Notes under the pieces: generated by a model
What the model saw: the letters and a program-made list of their open reading frames with translations, nothing else
The model's database searches: none
What the model was told of the DNA's origin: nothing
Program-made: the position numbers and the translations under genes
NCBI GenBank assembly: GCA_963714015.1
Contig: OY970223.1
Coordinates: 480,001 to 544,000, forward strand
DNA from: Vulcanimicrobiota bacterium
GTDB taxonomy: Bacteria > Vulcanimicrobiota > Vulcanimicrobiia > Vulcanimicrobiales > Vulcanimicrobiaceae
Reading direction: 5' to 3'
DNA: 64,000 nt
Part shown: positions 9,750 through 21,519 of the stretch, piece by piece
Position numbering within the stretch: position 1 is the first letter of the stretch
Layout: each line of letters starts with the position of its first letter

Positions 9750-10735
9750 GGAGTCAGGCCTTTCACTGTAGCGCGGTTTCGAGCCGCGCGATGCGGTTCG
9801 TCGGTCTGATAAGGCTGCACGCCGAACGTCTGAAGGATGCGTTCGGCGGCGGCATACGGATCGACACCCGCGGCAACTTCACTTTCAAGTTCGCGTTCGA
9901 GCTTCCGCTGGAGATGTCCGAGAGCGAGCTGGCGCACCTGATGGATGAACGCTTCGCGCCGCTTTTCTGTGATCTCGCCGGAGCGCTGCAAGTATTCGAC
10001 ATGACGTTCGACTGCCGTCCACAAGTCGTCGATCCCCTCGCCGGTGGTCGCTTGCGTCATGACCAGTTCCGGAACCCAGCCGCTGAAGTCGAGCATCTCC
10101 ATCATGGAACGAATTTCGCGCTTGAGCTGATTCGCCATCGGGTGATCTTTCTTGTTCACCGCGAAGACGTCGGCGACTTCCATGATGCCGGCTTTGAGCA
10201 CCTGGATCGAATCACCGCTGCCGGGCTGAAGCGCGACGACCGTGGTTTGGGCCAGTTCGGCAATCTCGATCTCGGATTGGCCGACGCCGACCGTTTCGAT
10301 TATGACGACGTCGAGACCGAACGCATCCATCAGGAGCACCGCGTCGGCCGTCGCCCCCGCAAGGCCGCCCAAATGTCCGCGGCTGGCCATCGAGCGAATG
10401 AAAACGCCGCTGTCGGTGAAGTGTTCGGTGAGACGAATCCGATCGCCCAAAAGCGCTCCATGCGAGAACGGCGACGTCGGGTCGACTGAAACGACGCCGA
10501 CACTCTTGCCGAGCGAACGCGCCTTGCGGACAAGCGCCGAACTCAACGTGGACTTCCCCACGCCGGGCGGTCCGGTCAACCCGATCGTCATCGCTCGTCC
10601 GGTCTTGGCGAACAAGTGGCGGATCAAATCCGCGCCGCGTCCGGATTCTGCATGCGATATTGCGCGGGCCAGCGCGCGCGGCGATCCCTCGTGGAACTGC
10701 TGCAGCAAGCCCGCGTGTCCGTTACTCTCAGTCAA
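9746..10735 (-). CDS. meaB: Mutase-associated GTPase MeaB/ArgK family
   Basis: GLTGPPGVGKST, VDPTSPFSHGALLGDRIR, FIRSMASRG, IIETVGVGQSE, KAGIMEVAD, VNKKD; TTG start at 10735 inferred. Confidence 0.93.
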   Translation of the reverse strand: MTESNGHAGLLQQFHEGSPRALARAISHAESGRGADLIRHLFAKTGRAMTIGLTGPPGVGKSTLSSALVRKARSLGKSVGVVSVDPTSPFSHGALLGDRIRLTEHFTDSGVFIRSMASRGHLGGLAGATADAVLLMDAFGLDVVIIETVGVGQSEIEIAELAQTTVVALQPGSGDSIQVLKAGIMEVADVFAVNKKDHPMANQLKREIRSMMEMLDFSGWVPELVMTQATTGEGIDDLWTAVERHVEYLQRSGEITEKRREAFIHQVRQLALGHLQRKLERELESEVAAGVDPYAAAERILQTFGVQPYQTDEPHRAARNRATVKGLTP

Positions 10736-10802
10736 TGCACGGAAGGGATTGCCGCCGCCCGGCGCGCGGACCTCCCCCGCCGCGTTCAGAATCAACCGGC
10801 GA

Positions 10803-11813
10803 ATGCATGCCGCGCTCCTCAGTCTGCTCTTTCGTGCGACCGAAGTCGATGCGACGATTCGCCTCGTCATGAGGACGGAGCGCGTTGCCGGAATATCGGT
10901 TACGGCTGCCCGGGACGGCCGCATGGTCTATGCTCGGGGCTTCGGATATGCAAATCTGGGCCGGCGCACCGCGGCGACGGCGCGAACGGTGTACCGCGTC
11001 GGCTCGCTGACCAAAGGGTTCACCGCCGCGCTGGCGATTCGCCTCGCCCGGCAAGGGAAGCTTGGGCTGGACGACCCGATTTCCCGCTATGTGTCCGTTC
11101 CTTGGAACGCCCCGATCACGATCGCGCAGCTGCTCGCTCAGACGAGCGGCGTTCCTTCATATAGCGATTCGTCAGCGCTCTCGCGCGGCGGCCAATACTC
11201 GCCGGAGCAGCTCGTCGCGGCGGTGAGCTCGGAGCCGCTGCTCTTTCAGCCCGGAACGCACTACGCATACAGCAACACCAATTACGTCCTGATCGGCCTG
11301 GCTTTAGAACGCGCCGGGGGCGCGCCGTACGCTCAATTACTGCAGTCGCAGGTGCTCGATCCGCTGGGCCTGCTAAATACAAAGTATGGAGATCAGCCCG
11401 AAGAAGCCCGCGGCTACGCGAGGAACACGTTGAACACCCCGGTCACGCCCAATTCAACTTCCTACGCGTATTCCGCTGCCGGACTGACCTCGGACGCGAT
11501 CGACGTCGTGCACTGGCTGCAAGACGTTCCGCAGCCTTACTACGGATTTTTGCCGGCCCATCTCTACGGGCACGATGTCTTCATTGCAAGCGGCAACGTG
11601 AACGGCTACAGCTCGTTCGCGTTGTTTGACCCGGCTGCGAACGTTCAGATCGCGCTGCTCAGCAATGGCGACGCGCTCGATCTGCAACCGCTTGCGATGG
11701 ACGTTTTCGCGGCAATAGAACCGCCGGCGCCCGGAACGCGCGCGCCTACGCTCCGTAACGCCGTTCGCGCAGACCAAAATCTCCGACCGCTTGTGCGAAG
11801 TGCTGCACCGTGA
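10803..11813 (+). CDS. Serine hydrolase (beta-lactamase-related family)
   Basis: RVGSLTK (SxxK), LLAQTSG, YAYSNTNY (YxN). Confidence 0.85.
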   Translation: MHAALLSLLFRATEVDATIRLVMRTERVAGISVTAARDGRMVYARGFGYANLGRRTAATARTVYRVGSLTKGFTAALAIRLARQGKLGLDDPISRYVSVPWNAPITIAQLLAQTSGVPSYSDSSALSRGGQYSPEQLVAAVSSEPLLFQPGTHYAYSNTNYVLIGLALERAGGAPYAQLLQSQVLDPLGLLNTKYGDQPEEARGYARNTLNTPVTPNSTSYAYSAAGLTSDAIDVVHWLQDVPQPYYGFLPAHLYGHDVFIASGNVNGYSSFALFDPAANVQIALLSNGDALDLQPLAMDVFAAIEPPAPGTRAPTLRNAVRADQNLRPLVRSAAP

Positions 11814-12436
11814 AGTCGGGCCACATGATGGGCAGCGTGACGAACTCGGTGTACGCGACCTGGTAGAGCAGAAAATTCGATAGACGGTACTCTCCGCCGG
11901 TGCGGATCAGCAGTTCCGGATCGCCGGCGTGCGCTGCGTACATCCGGCTGCGCAGCAGCGTGTCGTCGACGTCCTCCGGTCGAAGCTTGCCGGCGGCGGC
12001 CTCACACGCGATGGCGCGAGCGGCGCGCACGATGTCGTCGCGGCCGCTGTAATTGAGCGCAAGATTCAGCGTCAGCCGGCGATTCGTTTGGGTCGCGCGA
12101 ACGAGATGTTTCAAAGCTGCGCGGACCGGAAGCGCGAATGCGCGGGAATCGCCCAACACCTGAACGCGCACTCCTAACTTCATTAAATTCGCGCGCTCGT
12201 TGTGCGCAAAGAACGCGCAAAGTCTGCATCAGCAGCGTTACCTCGGAGGGCTCGCGGTTCCAATTCTCAGTCGAGAACCCGAAGACGGTCAGCGTCTCTA
12301 TGCCGGCTTCGAGCGCTCCGCGCACCGCCTCGCGCAGTGCGCCGATTCCGCGGCGGTACCCTTCGGCGATAGGGAGACCGCGCGCGGCAGCCCAGCGCCG
12401 GTTCCCATCCATGATGATTGCTACGTGCCCCGGCAT
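11746..12436 (-). CDS. uppS: Polyprenyl diphosphate synthase (one extra base at 12221-12226)
   Basis: PGHVAIIMDGNRRWA, FGFSTENWNR in frame 1; LALNYSGR, LIRTGGEYRLSNFLLYQ in frame 2; CAGACT->CAGCT joins them. Confidence 0.92.
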
Positions 12437-12443
12437 ATTAGTA

Positions 12444-12474
12444 ACTTTGTATCACAAAGTAAATCACAATTCAA
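12444..12474 (-). promoter_or_regulatory. Putative sigma70 promoter of uppS overlapped by a palindrome
   Basis: Minus strand TTGAAT-17nt-TACAAA with TG extension; ACTTTGT-ATC-ACAAAGT inverted repeat 12444-12460. Confidence 0.5.
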
Positions 12475-12513
12475 GCGGAACAAAAGCCTTTCGCGGCCAA
12501 ACCTGTGGCCCTC

Positions 12514-15500
12514 ATGGAACAGGGGTACTATCGTCACGCCGCCGTGGCCGGCGACCGCGTCGTCTTCGTCTGTGAGGACGATCTGTGGAGCGCACCCACC
12601 GGCGGCGGCGCAGCGATCCGCCTCACCGCTACGCCGGGCCTCTGTACCTCGCCGCGCCTCTCGCCCGACGGCACGCAGATCGCGTTCGTGGCAAATGACG
12701 AAGGGGATCCGGAGATTTACGTCATGCCCGCCGCCGGCGGTAAGCCGCGCCGTTTAACCTATCTGGGCGGGACGATCGCAGCCGTATGCACGTGGAGCGC
12801 GGACGGCTCGGAAATTTTTTTCGTCAGCAATCCGAGCGCGTGGTATCAGCGCGAAACCCGCGGTTTTGCGGTGAACGCCGGCGGCGGACCGGTGCGCGAC
12901 CTCGCCCTGGGGCACATGAAATCGTATTTCCCGGGACCGGGCGGCGGCGCCGTCGTCGGCCGTAACGAGACGGATCCCGCGCGCTGGAAGCGTTACCGGG
13001 GCGGAACGTCGGGCGAAATTTGGATCGACCTGGGCTCGGGCGTATTCGAGCGGCTGCGTTTGCCGGACGGGAATGCCGTCTCGCCCATGTGGATTGGCGA
13101 TCGCATCTATTTTCTGACGGATCACGAAGGCATCGGAAATATTTATTCGTGCACGCTCGCCGGTGACGATCTGCGCCGTCATACGCATCACAGCGATTAC
13201 TACGTGCGATTTCCGTCGACCGACGGAAAGCGCATCGTATACACAGCGGGAGCGGCAATCTACTGTTTCGACGTCGAGCGCGACGAGGTCAGGGAACTGC
13301 AGATATCGGCACCGTCCGCGGCACCGCAATCGGCACGGCGGTTCGTCGACGGATCCGATGAGTTCGACGAATTCGTTCCGTCTCCCGACGGAACGCGTGT
13401 CGCCGTCATCGCGCGCGGACAGCCGTTCACGATGCCGCTCTGGGAAGAAGCGCCGGTAGATCGCGGCACCGGGAGCGCCGTACGGCACCGCTGCATCGCT
13501 TGGACCCACGACGGGACCCATCTGGTTACGAGCAGCGACCCCAACGGTTACGAGCAGCTGGCGCTTTACGACGCGCAATCATCGTCGCCGACCGTGCTGC
13601 TGACGAAAGGCGACGTCGGACGCGTCACCGAGATTGCCTGTTCCCCGCGCGGCAACCGCATCGCATTTGCAAATCACCGGTACGAACTGCTGCTGATCGA
13701 CGGCGAGGGCGCGCCGCGCGTACTCGACAAAAGCTTAGGCAATCGCATTACCGACTTGGCGTTTTCGCCGGACGGCCGTTGGCTGGCGTACGTCTGGTCT
13801 CCCGGCGGGGACAACGCGGCAATCGTCCGCATCGTCAAATGCAAATCCGGAAAGGTCTACGACGTCACGCCGCGGATGCGAGTGGATCAAAGCCCGGCAT
13901 GGGATCCCGAAGGACGCTACCTGTACTTCATTTCGATGCGGGACTTCGATCCGGTCTATGACGCGCTGCAGTTCGATCTGAGTTTTCCTCAAGCGCAGCG
14001 TCCATTTCTCGTTACGCTTCGCTCCGACGTTCCCAGCCCGTTCGTTCCCGCGCCCAAACCGGTGCACCGCGAGCACGACCACGAACACGAAGACGAAAAG
14101 AAGAACGGCAAAGCCTCGACGCGGATCGAGATCGATTTCGACGGCATTCAGGGCCGCATTCTGTCCTTTCCCGTGGACGAAGGGGAATACGGGCAGATCG
14201 TGGCGGTGAAGAACCGCGTGTACTTTACGCGATTCGAAGTCCGCGGCATCAAGCCGGGCGATCGTGACTGGAACGGTGAGGAATCGGGTGGAACGCTCTT
14301 GGCGTACGACTTCGACCAACAGCGGTGCGCCGCAGTCGCAACCGACGTATCACGCGTCGTTCTGGGAAGCGATTATCACACGCTTCTTTACAGCTCGCAC
14401 GATCGGCTTCGCGCGATCGATGCTCTGAGCGATCTCCCGGACGAAAACGACGATCTCAAACCGGCCGCGGAGCCCGGACGCAAGAGCGGGTGGATCGATC
14501 TGAATCGAATCAGCGTTGAGATCGACCCTCCGGCGGAGTGGCGTCAGATGTACCGTGAAGCGTGGCGGCTCCAAACCGAGCATTTTTGGGTGGAAGACAT
14601 GTCGGACATCGACTGGGATCGCGTTTTCGATCGCTATGAGACGCTGCTGCCGCGCGTGCGGACGCGCTCCGAACTCTCCGACGTCATTTGGGAAATGCAC
14701 GGCGAGCTCGGAACCTCGCACGCATACGAGATCGGCGGCGACGTGCGGCAGCCGCCCAAGTATCAGCGCGGCTTTTTGGGCGCGGACTTCCGCTACGACG
14801 ATGACGCGCGGGGCTGGCGAATCGCGCGCATCTACCGTGGCGATTCCTGGAATCGAGAGGTGGACTCACCGCTCGCGGAACCGGGCGCCAATCTGCGCGA
14901 GGGCGACGTGCTGATCGCCATCGGGGGTAAAGCTTTGACGCGCGGCTTCGGCCCCAACCAGGCGCTCGTGAACACCGCGGGTCGAGAAGTAGCGCTCGTC
15001 GTACGTACTTCGAGCGGCGAACGCCGTCTGAGCGTGAAGGCGCTCGAAAGCGAACAGGCCTTGCGCTATCGCGCCTGGGTCGAAGCCAATCGCGCGCTCG
15101 TGCACGAACGCTCCAACGGCGACATCGGTTACGTGCACGTGCCCGATATGGGGCCGTGGGGATTCTCGGAATTCCATCGCGGCTATCTGTCGGAATTCGA
15201 TCGCAAAGGCCTCATCGTCGACGTGCGATACAATCGCGGAGGCCACGTCTCGCCGCTCCTGCTCGAGAAACTGGCTCGCAAACGCGTCGGCTACGACGTC
15301 TCGCGTTACAGCAATAAGCCGATGCCCTATCCGCCGGAGTCGGTCGCCGGCCCTATCGTCGCAATCACCAATCAATTTGCCGGCTCCGACGGCGACATCT
15401 TCAGCCATTGCTTCAAGTTGTACGGACTCGGCGCACTCGTCGGCAAACGCACCTGGGGCGGCGTGGTCGGCATCAATCCGTATCACCACCTTGTGGACGG

Positions 15501-15738
15501 CACCATCACGACGCAGCCGGAGTTTTCATTCTGGTTCAAAGACGTCGGCTGGCGCGTCGAAAATTACGGCACCGATCCGGACTACGAAGTCGACATTGCG
15601 CCGCACGATTACCGCGACGGCAAAGATCCGCAGATGGAGTTCGCGCTGCGCCTCGTCACCGAGGCGGCCGCAAACTACAGCGAACCATACCCGGATCTGT
15701 CGACCAAACCGTCTTTGCCTTTACCATCTTTGCCTTAA
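12514..15738 (+). CDS. Tricorn protease homologue (S41)
   Basis: VFVCEDDLW, WKRYRGG, beta-propeller SPDG repeats, GELGTSHAY, PDZ, IVDVRYNRGG, AGSDGD, GKRTWGG, ENYGTDPD. Confidence 0.95.
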   Translation: MEQGYYRHAAVAGDRVVFVCEDDLWSAPTGGGAAIRLTATPGLCTSPRLSPDGTQIAFVANDEGDPEIYVMPAAGGKPRRLTYLGGTIAAVCTWSADGSEIFFVSNPSAWYQRETRGFAVNAGGGPVRDLALGHMKSYFPGPGGGAVVGRNETDPARWKRYRGGTSGEIWIDLGSGVFERLRLPDGNAVSPMWIGDRIYFLTDHEGIGNIYSCTLAGDDLRRHTHHSDYYVRFPSTDGKRIVYTAGAAIYCFDVERDEVRELQISAPSAAPQSARRFVDGSDEFDEFVPSPDGTRVAVIARGQPFTMPLWEEAPVDRGTGSAVRHRCIAWTHDGTHLVTSSDPNGYEQLALYDAQSSSPTVLLTKGDVGRVTEIACSPRGNRIAFANHRYELLLIDGEGAPRVLDKSLGNRITDLAFSPDGRWLAYVWSPGGDNAAIVRIVKCKSGKVYDVTPRMRVDQSPAWDPEGRYLYFISMRDFDPVYDALQFDLSFPQAQRPFLVTLRSDVPSPFVPAPKPVHREHDHEHEDEKKNGKASTRIEIDFDGIQGRILSFPVDEGEYGQIVAVKNRVYFTRFEVRGIKPGDRDWNGEESGGTLLAYDFDQQRCAAVATDVSRVVLGSDYHTLLYSSHDRLRAIDALSDLPDENDDLKPAAEPGRKSGWIDLNRISVEIDPPAEWRQMYREAWRLQTEHFWVEDMSDIDWDRVFDRYETLLPRVRTRSELSDVIWEMHGELGTSHAYEIGGDVRQPPKYQRGFLGADFRYDDDARGWRIARIYRGDSWNREVDSPLAEPGANLREGDVLIAIGGKALTRGFGPNQALVNTAGREVALVVRTSSGERRLSVKALESEQALRYRAWVEANRALVHERSNGDIGYVHVPDMGPWGFSEFHRGYLSEFDRKGLIVDVRYNRGGHVSPLLLEKLARKRVGYDVSRYSNKPMPYPPESVAGPIVAITNQFAGSDGDIFSHCFKLYGLGALVGKRTWGGVVGINPYHHLVDGTITTQPEFSFWFKDVGWRVENYGTDPDYEVDIAPHDYRDGKDPQMEFALRLVTEAAANYSEPYPDLSTKPSLPLPSLP

Positions 15739-15795
15739 GTCCCCAGCGAACTCAAAACGCGTCTCTAGTCCACACCTGCTTAGTAACCTCGGCCC

Positions 15796-15824
15796 TTGAC
15801 GGCAGCAGGCTGCTTTGGTACTAG
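15796..15824 (+). promoter_or_regulatory. Putative promoter of aceA-aceB
   Basis: TTGACG-17nt-TACTAG with TG extension, ~95 nt before GTG 15921. Confidence 0.45.
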
Positions 15825-15920
15825 TTAGAGACTTAGCGGCTCTCATCCAACGGTCCAAAGGCACTCCTCCAATTGGAACGAGCCAATCGTAACGAACGCA
15901 CCAGCCAAAGGAGTTTGAAA

Positions 15921-17219
15921 GTGAGCGTTTCTGCCGCGTCGAGTTTAGAACACCGCTGGAAGAGCGAACCCCGCTGGGCCGGGATCGACCGCCGCTACAG
16001 CGCTGCCGACGTCGAGCGCCTGCGCGGCTCCGTGAAGGTCGAGCACACTTTGGCTCGACTGGGAGCGGACCGGCTGTGGCAACTGCTGCAGCAGGACGAG
16101 CCGGTGGCCGCTTTGGGCTGTCTGACCGGAAATCAGGCGGTTCAAGCCGTGAAGGCCGGACTGAAAGCGATTTATCTGAGCGGCTGGCAGGTGGCGGCCG
16201 ACGCTAATCTCGCCGGGCAGATGTATCCGGACCAGAGCCTGTACCCGGCGAACAGCGTGCCGAGCGTCGTCGAGCGGATCAACAACGCGCTGCAGCGCGC
16301 GGATCAAATCGACGTCAGCGAAGGGCGCAACACAACGTACTGGTTCGCGCCCATCGTTGCAGACGCGGAAGCGGGATTCGGCGGAGCACTCAACGTCTTC
16401 GAGCTCATGAAGGCGATGATCAAGGCGGGCGCGGCGGGAGTGCACTTTGAAGATCAACTCGCCTCCGAAAAGAAGTGCGGGCACATGGGCGGCAAAGTGC
16501 TGATTCCGACGCAGCAGGCGGTACGCCACCTGAGCGCCGCGCGGTTTGCTGCCGACGTCCTGGACGTGCCCACGATCGTCGTGGCGCGCACCGATGCCGA
16601 CGCCGCGCAGTTGCTTACCAGCGACGTCGATCCGCGCGACCGGGAGTTCTGCACCGGAGAGCGCACGGCCGAAGGCTTCTATCGGATTCGCGGCGGAATC
16701 GATGCCGCCATCGCTCGCGGCCTGGCCTATGCGCCGTATGCCGATTTGATCTGGTGCGAGACGTCCGAGCCGAACGTGGAAGCAGCACGGCGCTTCGCGC
16801 AGGCGATTCACGCCGCCCATCCGGGCAAGCTGCTCGCGTACAACTGTTCGCCGTCGTTCAACTGGAAAAAGAAACTGGAGGAGCGCAGTATCGCGCAATT
16901 CCGCGAATCCCTAAACGCGATGGGCTACAAGTTCCAATTCATCACGCTGGCCGGGTTCCACGCGCTCAACCACAGCATGTTCGAGCTGGCGCGCGATTTC
17001 AACGAGCGCGGCATGAGCGCGTATGCCGACTTTCAGGAGCGCGAGTTCGCCAGCGAAGTCTACGGATACACCGCGACGCGGCACCAACGCGAAGTCGGAA
17101 CCGGCTACTTCGACGAGATCGCTAAGGCGGTTGCCGACGGCACGTCTTCAACGACGGCGCTCTCGGGCTCGACCGAAGAAGAGCAGTTTTACGAGACGCA
17201 GACGCCGGCGGTTGCCTAA
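15921..17219 (+). CDS. aceA: Isocitrate lyase
   Basis: [20 protein letters not shown] signature, [30 protein letters not shown] before GTG. Confidence 0.97.
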   Translation: MSVSAASSLEHRWKSEPRWAGIDRRYSAADVERLRGSVKVEHTLARLGADRLWQLLQQDEPVAALGCLTGNQAVQAVKAGLKAIYLSGWQVAADANLAGQMYPDQSLYPANSVPSVVERINNALQRADQIDVSEGRNTTYWFAPIVADAEAGFGGALNVFELMKAMIKAGAAGVHFEDQLASEKKCGHMGGKVLIPTQQAVRHLSAARFAADVLDVPTIVVARTDADAAQLLTSDVDPRDREFCTGERTAEGFYRIRGGIDAAIARGLAYAPYADLIWCETSEPNVEAARRFAQAIHAAHPGKLLAYNCSPSFNWKKKLEERSIAQFRESLNAMGYKFQFITLAGFHALNHSMFELARDFNERGMSAYADFQEREFASEVYGYTATRHQREVGTGYFDEIAKAVADGTSSTTALSGSTEEEQFYETQTPAVA

Positions 17220-18747
17220 TGCAGACGCTTTCTCGCAACACGATGAACGCCGCGCCGGCGCAGTTCGAAATCCAACGCGATCTGCCGCCCGGCTTTGCTC
17301 AGTTTTACCGGCCGCTGCACGAAGCGTTTGCTGCGCGAGCGCGAGAGCTCGTGGAGGAACGCCGTCACGTCTTGGCGCGAGCGCACGAAGGCGTGCTGCC
17401 GGCGTACTTGGGCGCCGACAAAGGACGCCCGACCGATTGGCGGATCGCTCTGCCCCACTGGTGCCGGGATCAGCGCAATCAGATGACCGGCCCAGCGGAC
17501 GACGCCGAGCTGGTCGTCAAAATGCTGAACTCCGGCGCACCGGGAGTCATGCTCGATCTCGAAGATTCCATGGCCAACACGTGGGATCACCTGGTGCAGG
17601 GACATCGCAATATCGTCGAGGCGCTGTACGGAACGCTCTCGTACTTTGACGCAAAACGAGATGCGCGGATCGGTATAAAGCCTAGCGCAACGGTGATTTG
17701 GAACCGCGTGCGCGGGCTGCACCTCTCTCAAGCCGGAATTTTAGAAGAAACGACTCCCGCGCCGCTATTCGACGTTGCGCTTCTGGCGCACACGATCGAC
17801 CTCGATCGACTGCCGGAAAGAACGCTTTGCCTCTACATTCCGAAATCCGAATCGGCTCAGGAGGCGTTGTGGTGGAGCGATCTCTTCAATGCCGTCATCG
17901 CGGCGAAACGGTGGCCGGCGCAAGCGATCAAATGCATGGCTCTTGTGGAAGCGCATCCCCTGGCGTACCAGCTCGAAGAGTTCACCTTCAATCTGCGCAA
18001 GTATCTCGTCGGGCTGAATTTGGGACGCTGGGACTACATGGCAAGCTTGATTCACTATACGCTCGCCGATCCGGAATGGCTTCTGCCGGATCGGAACACG
18101 ATTCCGGTCGACGTTCCGTTTTTTCAGCGCTTGCGCGCGCTGATACCGGAAGTTTGTCATCGGCACGGCATGCTCGCCATCGGCGGAATGACCGCGCTGT
18201 ATCCCAGCCGTGAAGATCCGGACCTCAACGCTCGAGCCCTTGACGTATTGGCGCGCGACAAGAAAAACGAGGCGGATTGTTTGATGGACGGCGCGTGGAC
18301 CGGGCATCCCGATCAGAATCAGATTGCGGTCGCCCAATTTCCATATCCTAATCAGCTCGCATGCCGGCCGGCGTTCGTCGATCCCAACGCTGATTTGCGC
18401 CCGAAACCGGTTGACGTAGGAACCAAGAGCCTCGGCGGCACGCGTGCTGCAATTCGCACGGTTATCCGGTACCGCGCAGGAGTTCTGAGCGGCAAAGGCG
18501 CCAGTTTGCTGGACGGCTACATGGAAGACCTGGCTACGGACCGCATCTATAGGCTAATGATCGCGCAGCGCATGCGTCATCCCGGAGGTTATACGCCGGA
18601 CTCGCTGAGCGTAAGCTTCGATACCGAGCTGCAGCGAATTCTGAGCGAGTTCCGGCGGGCGCAGGAGACGACGAGCGCGAGCGCTTCAAACGGGCGCGCG
18701 AACTTTCGGAGCAGATGATTCTGCTCGGGGACTTCGACCCGGTTTAA
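17219..18747 (+). CDS. aceB: Malate synthase (A-type, divergent; apparent missing base at ~18648)
   Basis: MTGP, MLDLEDS, LYIPK, LNLGRWDY, AIGGM, MEDLAT; coupled to aceA (TAATG); natural-looking C-terminus PAGAGDDERERFKRARELSEQMILLGDFDPV* lies in the -1 frame. Confidence 0.88.
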
Positions 18748-18828
18748 GGCTGCGTTAATCGTTGCCAGGAGTTGAAGAACTCCCTTGGAAAGTCGCTGCA
18801 AACGCGTCTTTCTAAAGGGAGTTTTTTC

Positions 18829-21412
18829 ATGCGATCCATACTGATCGCCGCACGCGCTTTGGCAATGACCGCTCTGGTTTTCGCTGTCGCGTCGGCCAGT
18901 GGTTTGGCACAAACCCCGAGTCCGGCCGGCGGTTCGGGCAGTATCACCGGAACGGTGACCAATGGAGTCAGCCAAGGACCGGTCGCCAACGCAACGGTGG
19001 AATTGGTCGGCACGGCTGTGGATAAAACGGCGCATTCGGACGCGTCGGGCAATTTTTCGTTCGACGGTTTGGCGGCCGGGTCGTACTCGCTCAAAACTAC
19101 GGCGCACGGATACACGCAGAGTACATCCGCGCCGTTCAGCGTCGGCGTGAACGAACAGGTCTCGCTGGCAGTCGCCCTGCAGCCCGTGAGCGGCGCCGAA
19201 CTGCGCACGATCAGACTCCGTCCGCGTCAACGGCAAGCAATCCGTGAACACGACCAGCACGCCCACCGTAACGATTACAAACCGGCAATTCGTCCAGGCC
19301 GGTCAGGTGCTGGTCGAGCAAGCGCTCGAGCAGACGCCCGGCGTGACGCTCGAGCATTACGACGGCGGACTGGGATCCGTCGCGACCGTTTCGATTCGCG
19401 GCGCCGGCGGCTTTATGCAGGGAAACAACACGGGCTACGAAGTGCTCGTGCTGCAGGACGGCGAGCCGATGCGCAACGGACAGTACGGCGACGCCGACCT
19501 CTCGACGCTGACCCCGTCGATTTACTCTCGCGTCGAAGTGCTCAAGGGCGTCGGCGGCACGTCGCTGTTCGGTGCCAATACGATCGGCGGCACCGTCAAT
19601 CTCGTCACGCGCGACCCGCTCGCCACCGAAGGCGGCCAATTCATCGGCGGCCTGGGCGGATTCGGCACGTTTCACTACGACCTGGTCGAAACAAATACGA
19701 TCGGAAAATTCGGCTATATTTTCGACCTGCACCGGCTGGGTACCGACGGCCCGGTTCCCGGCAGTTTCATCGCCGACTACGTGACGAATACGTACAACAA
19801 CAACAATACGGGCTGCACGACCGCGGCGACCTGCGGACCATTCTGGCATCCGACGCAGTCCTTCGCACTCGAGAGCGATCTCATCAAACTGAAATATCAG
19901 TTCTCTCCGGCCACCTTCCTGACGCTCAGCCAGCAAGGTGAGAGCGACATGCGCGATCAGATCGGCCTGCTGACGAATCCCACGAACGCCTACGGCGGGA
20001 ACGGCAACTACTTCGATCCGCTCGGCTATCCGTATTACTACGGTTTCCCCGGCGACCAACTCTGGAATATTGAACCAAAGATCGGCGCGGATCTCCACAC
20101 GCAAGCCGGCGGCGGCGATCTGATGCTTCGGTCGTACGGCGGCATCTTGGAACGCGTCGACGACGGCAACGGCGAACCCGCCGCAATTTGCTGTTACCTT
20201 CAACGTTCGATCGACCGGCTCTATGGCGACGAAGCGTACTGGACGAAGCTGTTCGGCAACCATACCGTGACCCTGGCGGCGGGAGGAAACGGCGACAGCT
20301 ACTTCTACGGTTCGACCGGGTCGAGCGACACGCCGCTCAATTTCGGCGACATCAATTTGACGAACGGCAAGCAGATCGAACGCACCTACATGGCGCGTGA
20401 CGACTGGCAAATGAATCCGCGCCTCGACATGAATCTGACGGGTTACTACAGCACCTACGACACGCTTCAGGTCAAGCGTTTCGATCCCCGATTGGGTTTA
20501 GTCTATCGGCCCGATCTCTCGACGGCCGTGCGCTTCTCCGCCGCCAGCGGCTTTGCGCCGCCGCGCCTTTCGGACTTGTATAATCCGCTCGACACCTACG
20601 CGGGCGACGCGCTCGCCGACGTGCGCTGTCCGTACAAAGACGGCGTCTACAACGGCTACTGCGTCGCAACGTCCGGCAACCCCAACATCAAGTCCGAGAC
20701 GGCAGTGGGATTCGATTTAGGCGTCGATCACACATTCGGTTTCGCGAACCGCGGTTTGGTCAGTCTGGATCTCTATCGCACCAACTTGAACGACCACATC
20801 TTCTACGTCGACGTGCCTGCGCCGGCCGGGACGGGAAACTTTACCGGCCACGCAAGCCAAGGCGGAAACCCGATTCTCTACGTTCAGGAGCCGATCAATC
20901 TGGCGCATGCGGTGTACGCGGGATTTGAATTCAACGGAGTCCTTCCGGTAACGCACAACTTCTCGCTGACCGGCCTCTACACGACCCAGGCGGCGTATCC
21001 GACGGGCGTCGACCTCGTTACCGAACAGAACGCCGGCGACGTCGTCAACAATCAGCAGTTCCTGGGCGTTCCGGTACACCAGGCGAGCTACGGCCTTCGG
21101 TACGACAACAATGCGGGGGCGTCGGCGTTCTTCCGCGGCGACGACTACATGCAGAACAACGCCTACGATCTGCCGCAGTTTTGGCTCTACAGCGCCGGAA
21201 TCACGGAACCAATGCCGAGCGACAATTCCCTGACCTTCGCCTGGCAGAATATCTTCAACAAAAACTCCCTGATTTTCTCGCAATTCAACGGCGGCGTGCC
21301 GTATCCGGGCGCAAGTCCCTACGGGCCGCTCGGCGAGACTGCTCATCCGGTTAATCCGCATTACATCATGGTCACGTTCACTCACAGTTGGGGTTCGCTG
21401 AGGAACCCCTAG
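18829..21412 (+). CDS. TonB-dependent receptor with N-terminal carboxypeptidase-regulatory-like domain (one extra base at 19212-19217)
   Basis: Signal peptide, GSITGTV..ATVEL..SGNFSF..AGSYSL; plug motifs LEQTPGV, VSIRG, RVEVLKG..SLFGANTIGGTVNLVTR; GNPNIKSE; NIFNK. Confidence 0.9.
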
Positions 21413-21436
21413 CCCCTGAGCGTCCGCCAAGACCCC

Positions 21437-21469
21437 GGCGCCCCGCCCAACCGGCGGGGCGTCCCGTTT
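21437..21469 (+). terminator. Hairpin after the TonB-dependent receptor gene
   Basis: GGCGCCCCGCC-CAACC-GGCGGGGCGTC stem, short T tail. Confidence 0.5.
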
Positions 21470-21519
21470 ATCCCCGTAGCGTTGACGGCCGCCGCCGCAA
21501 AGCGTTATCACCTTTTAAG

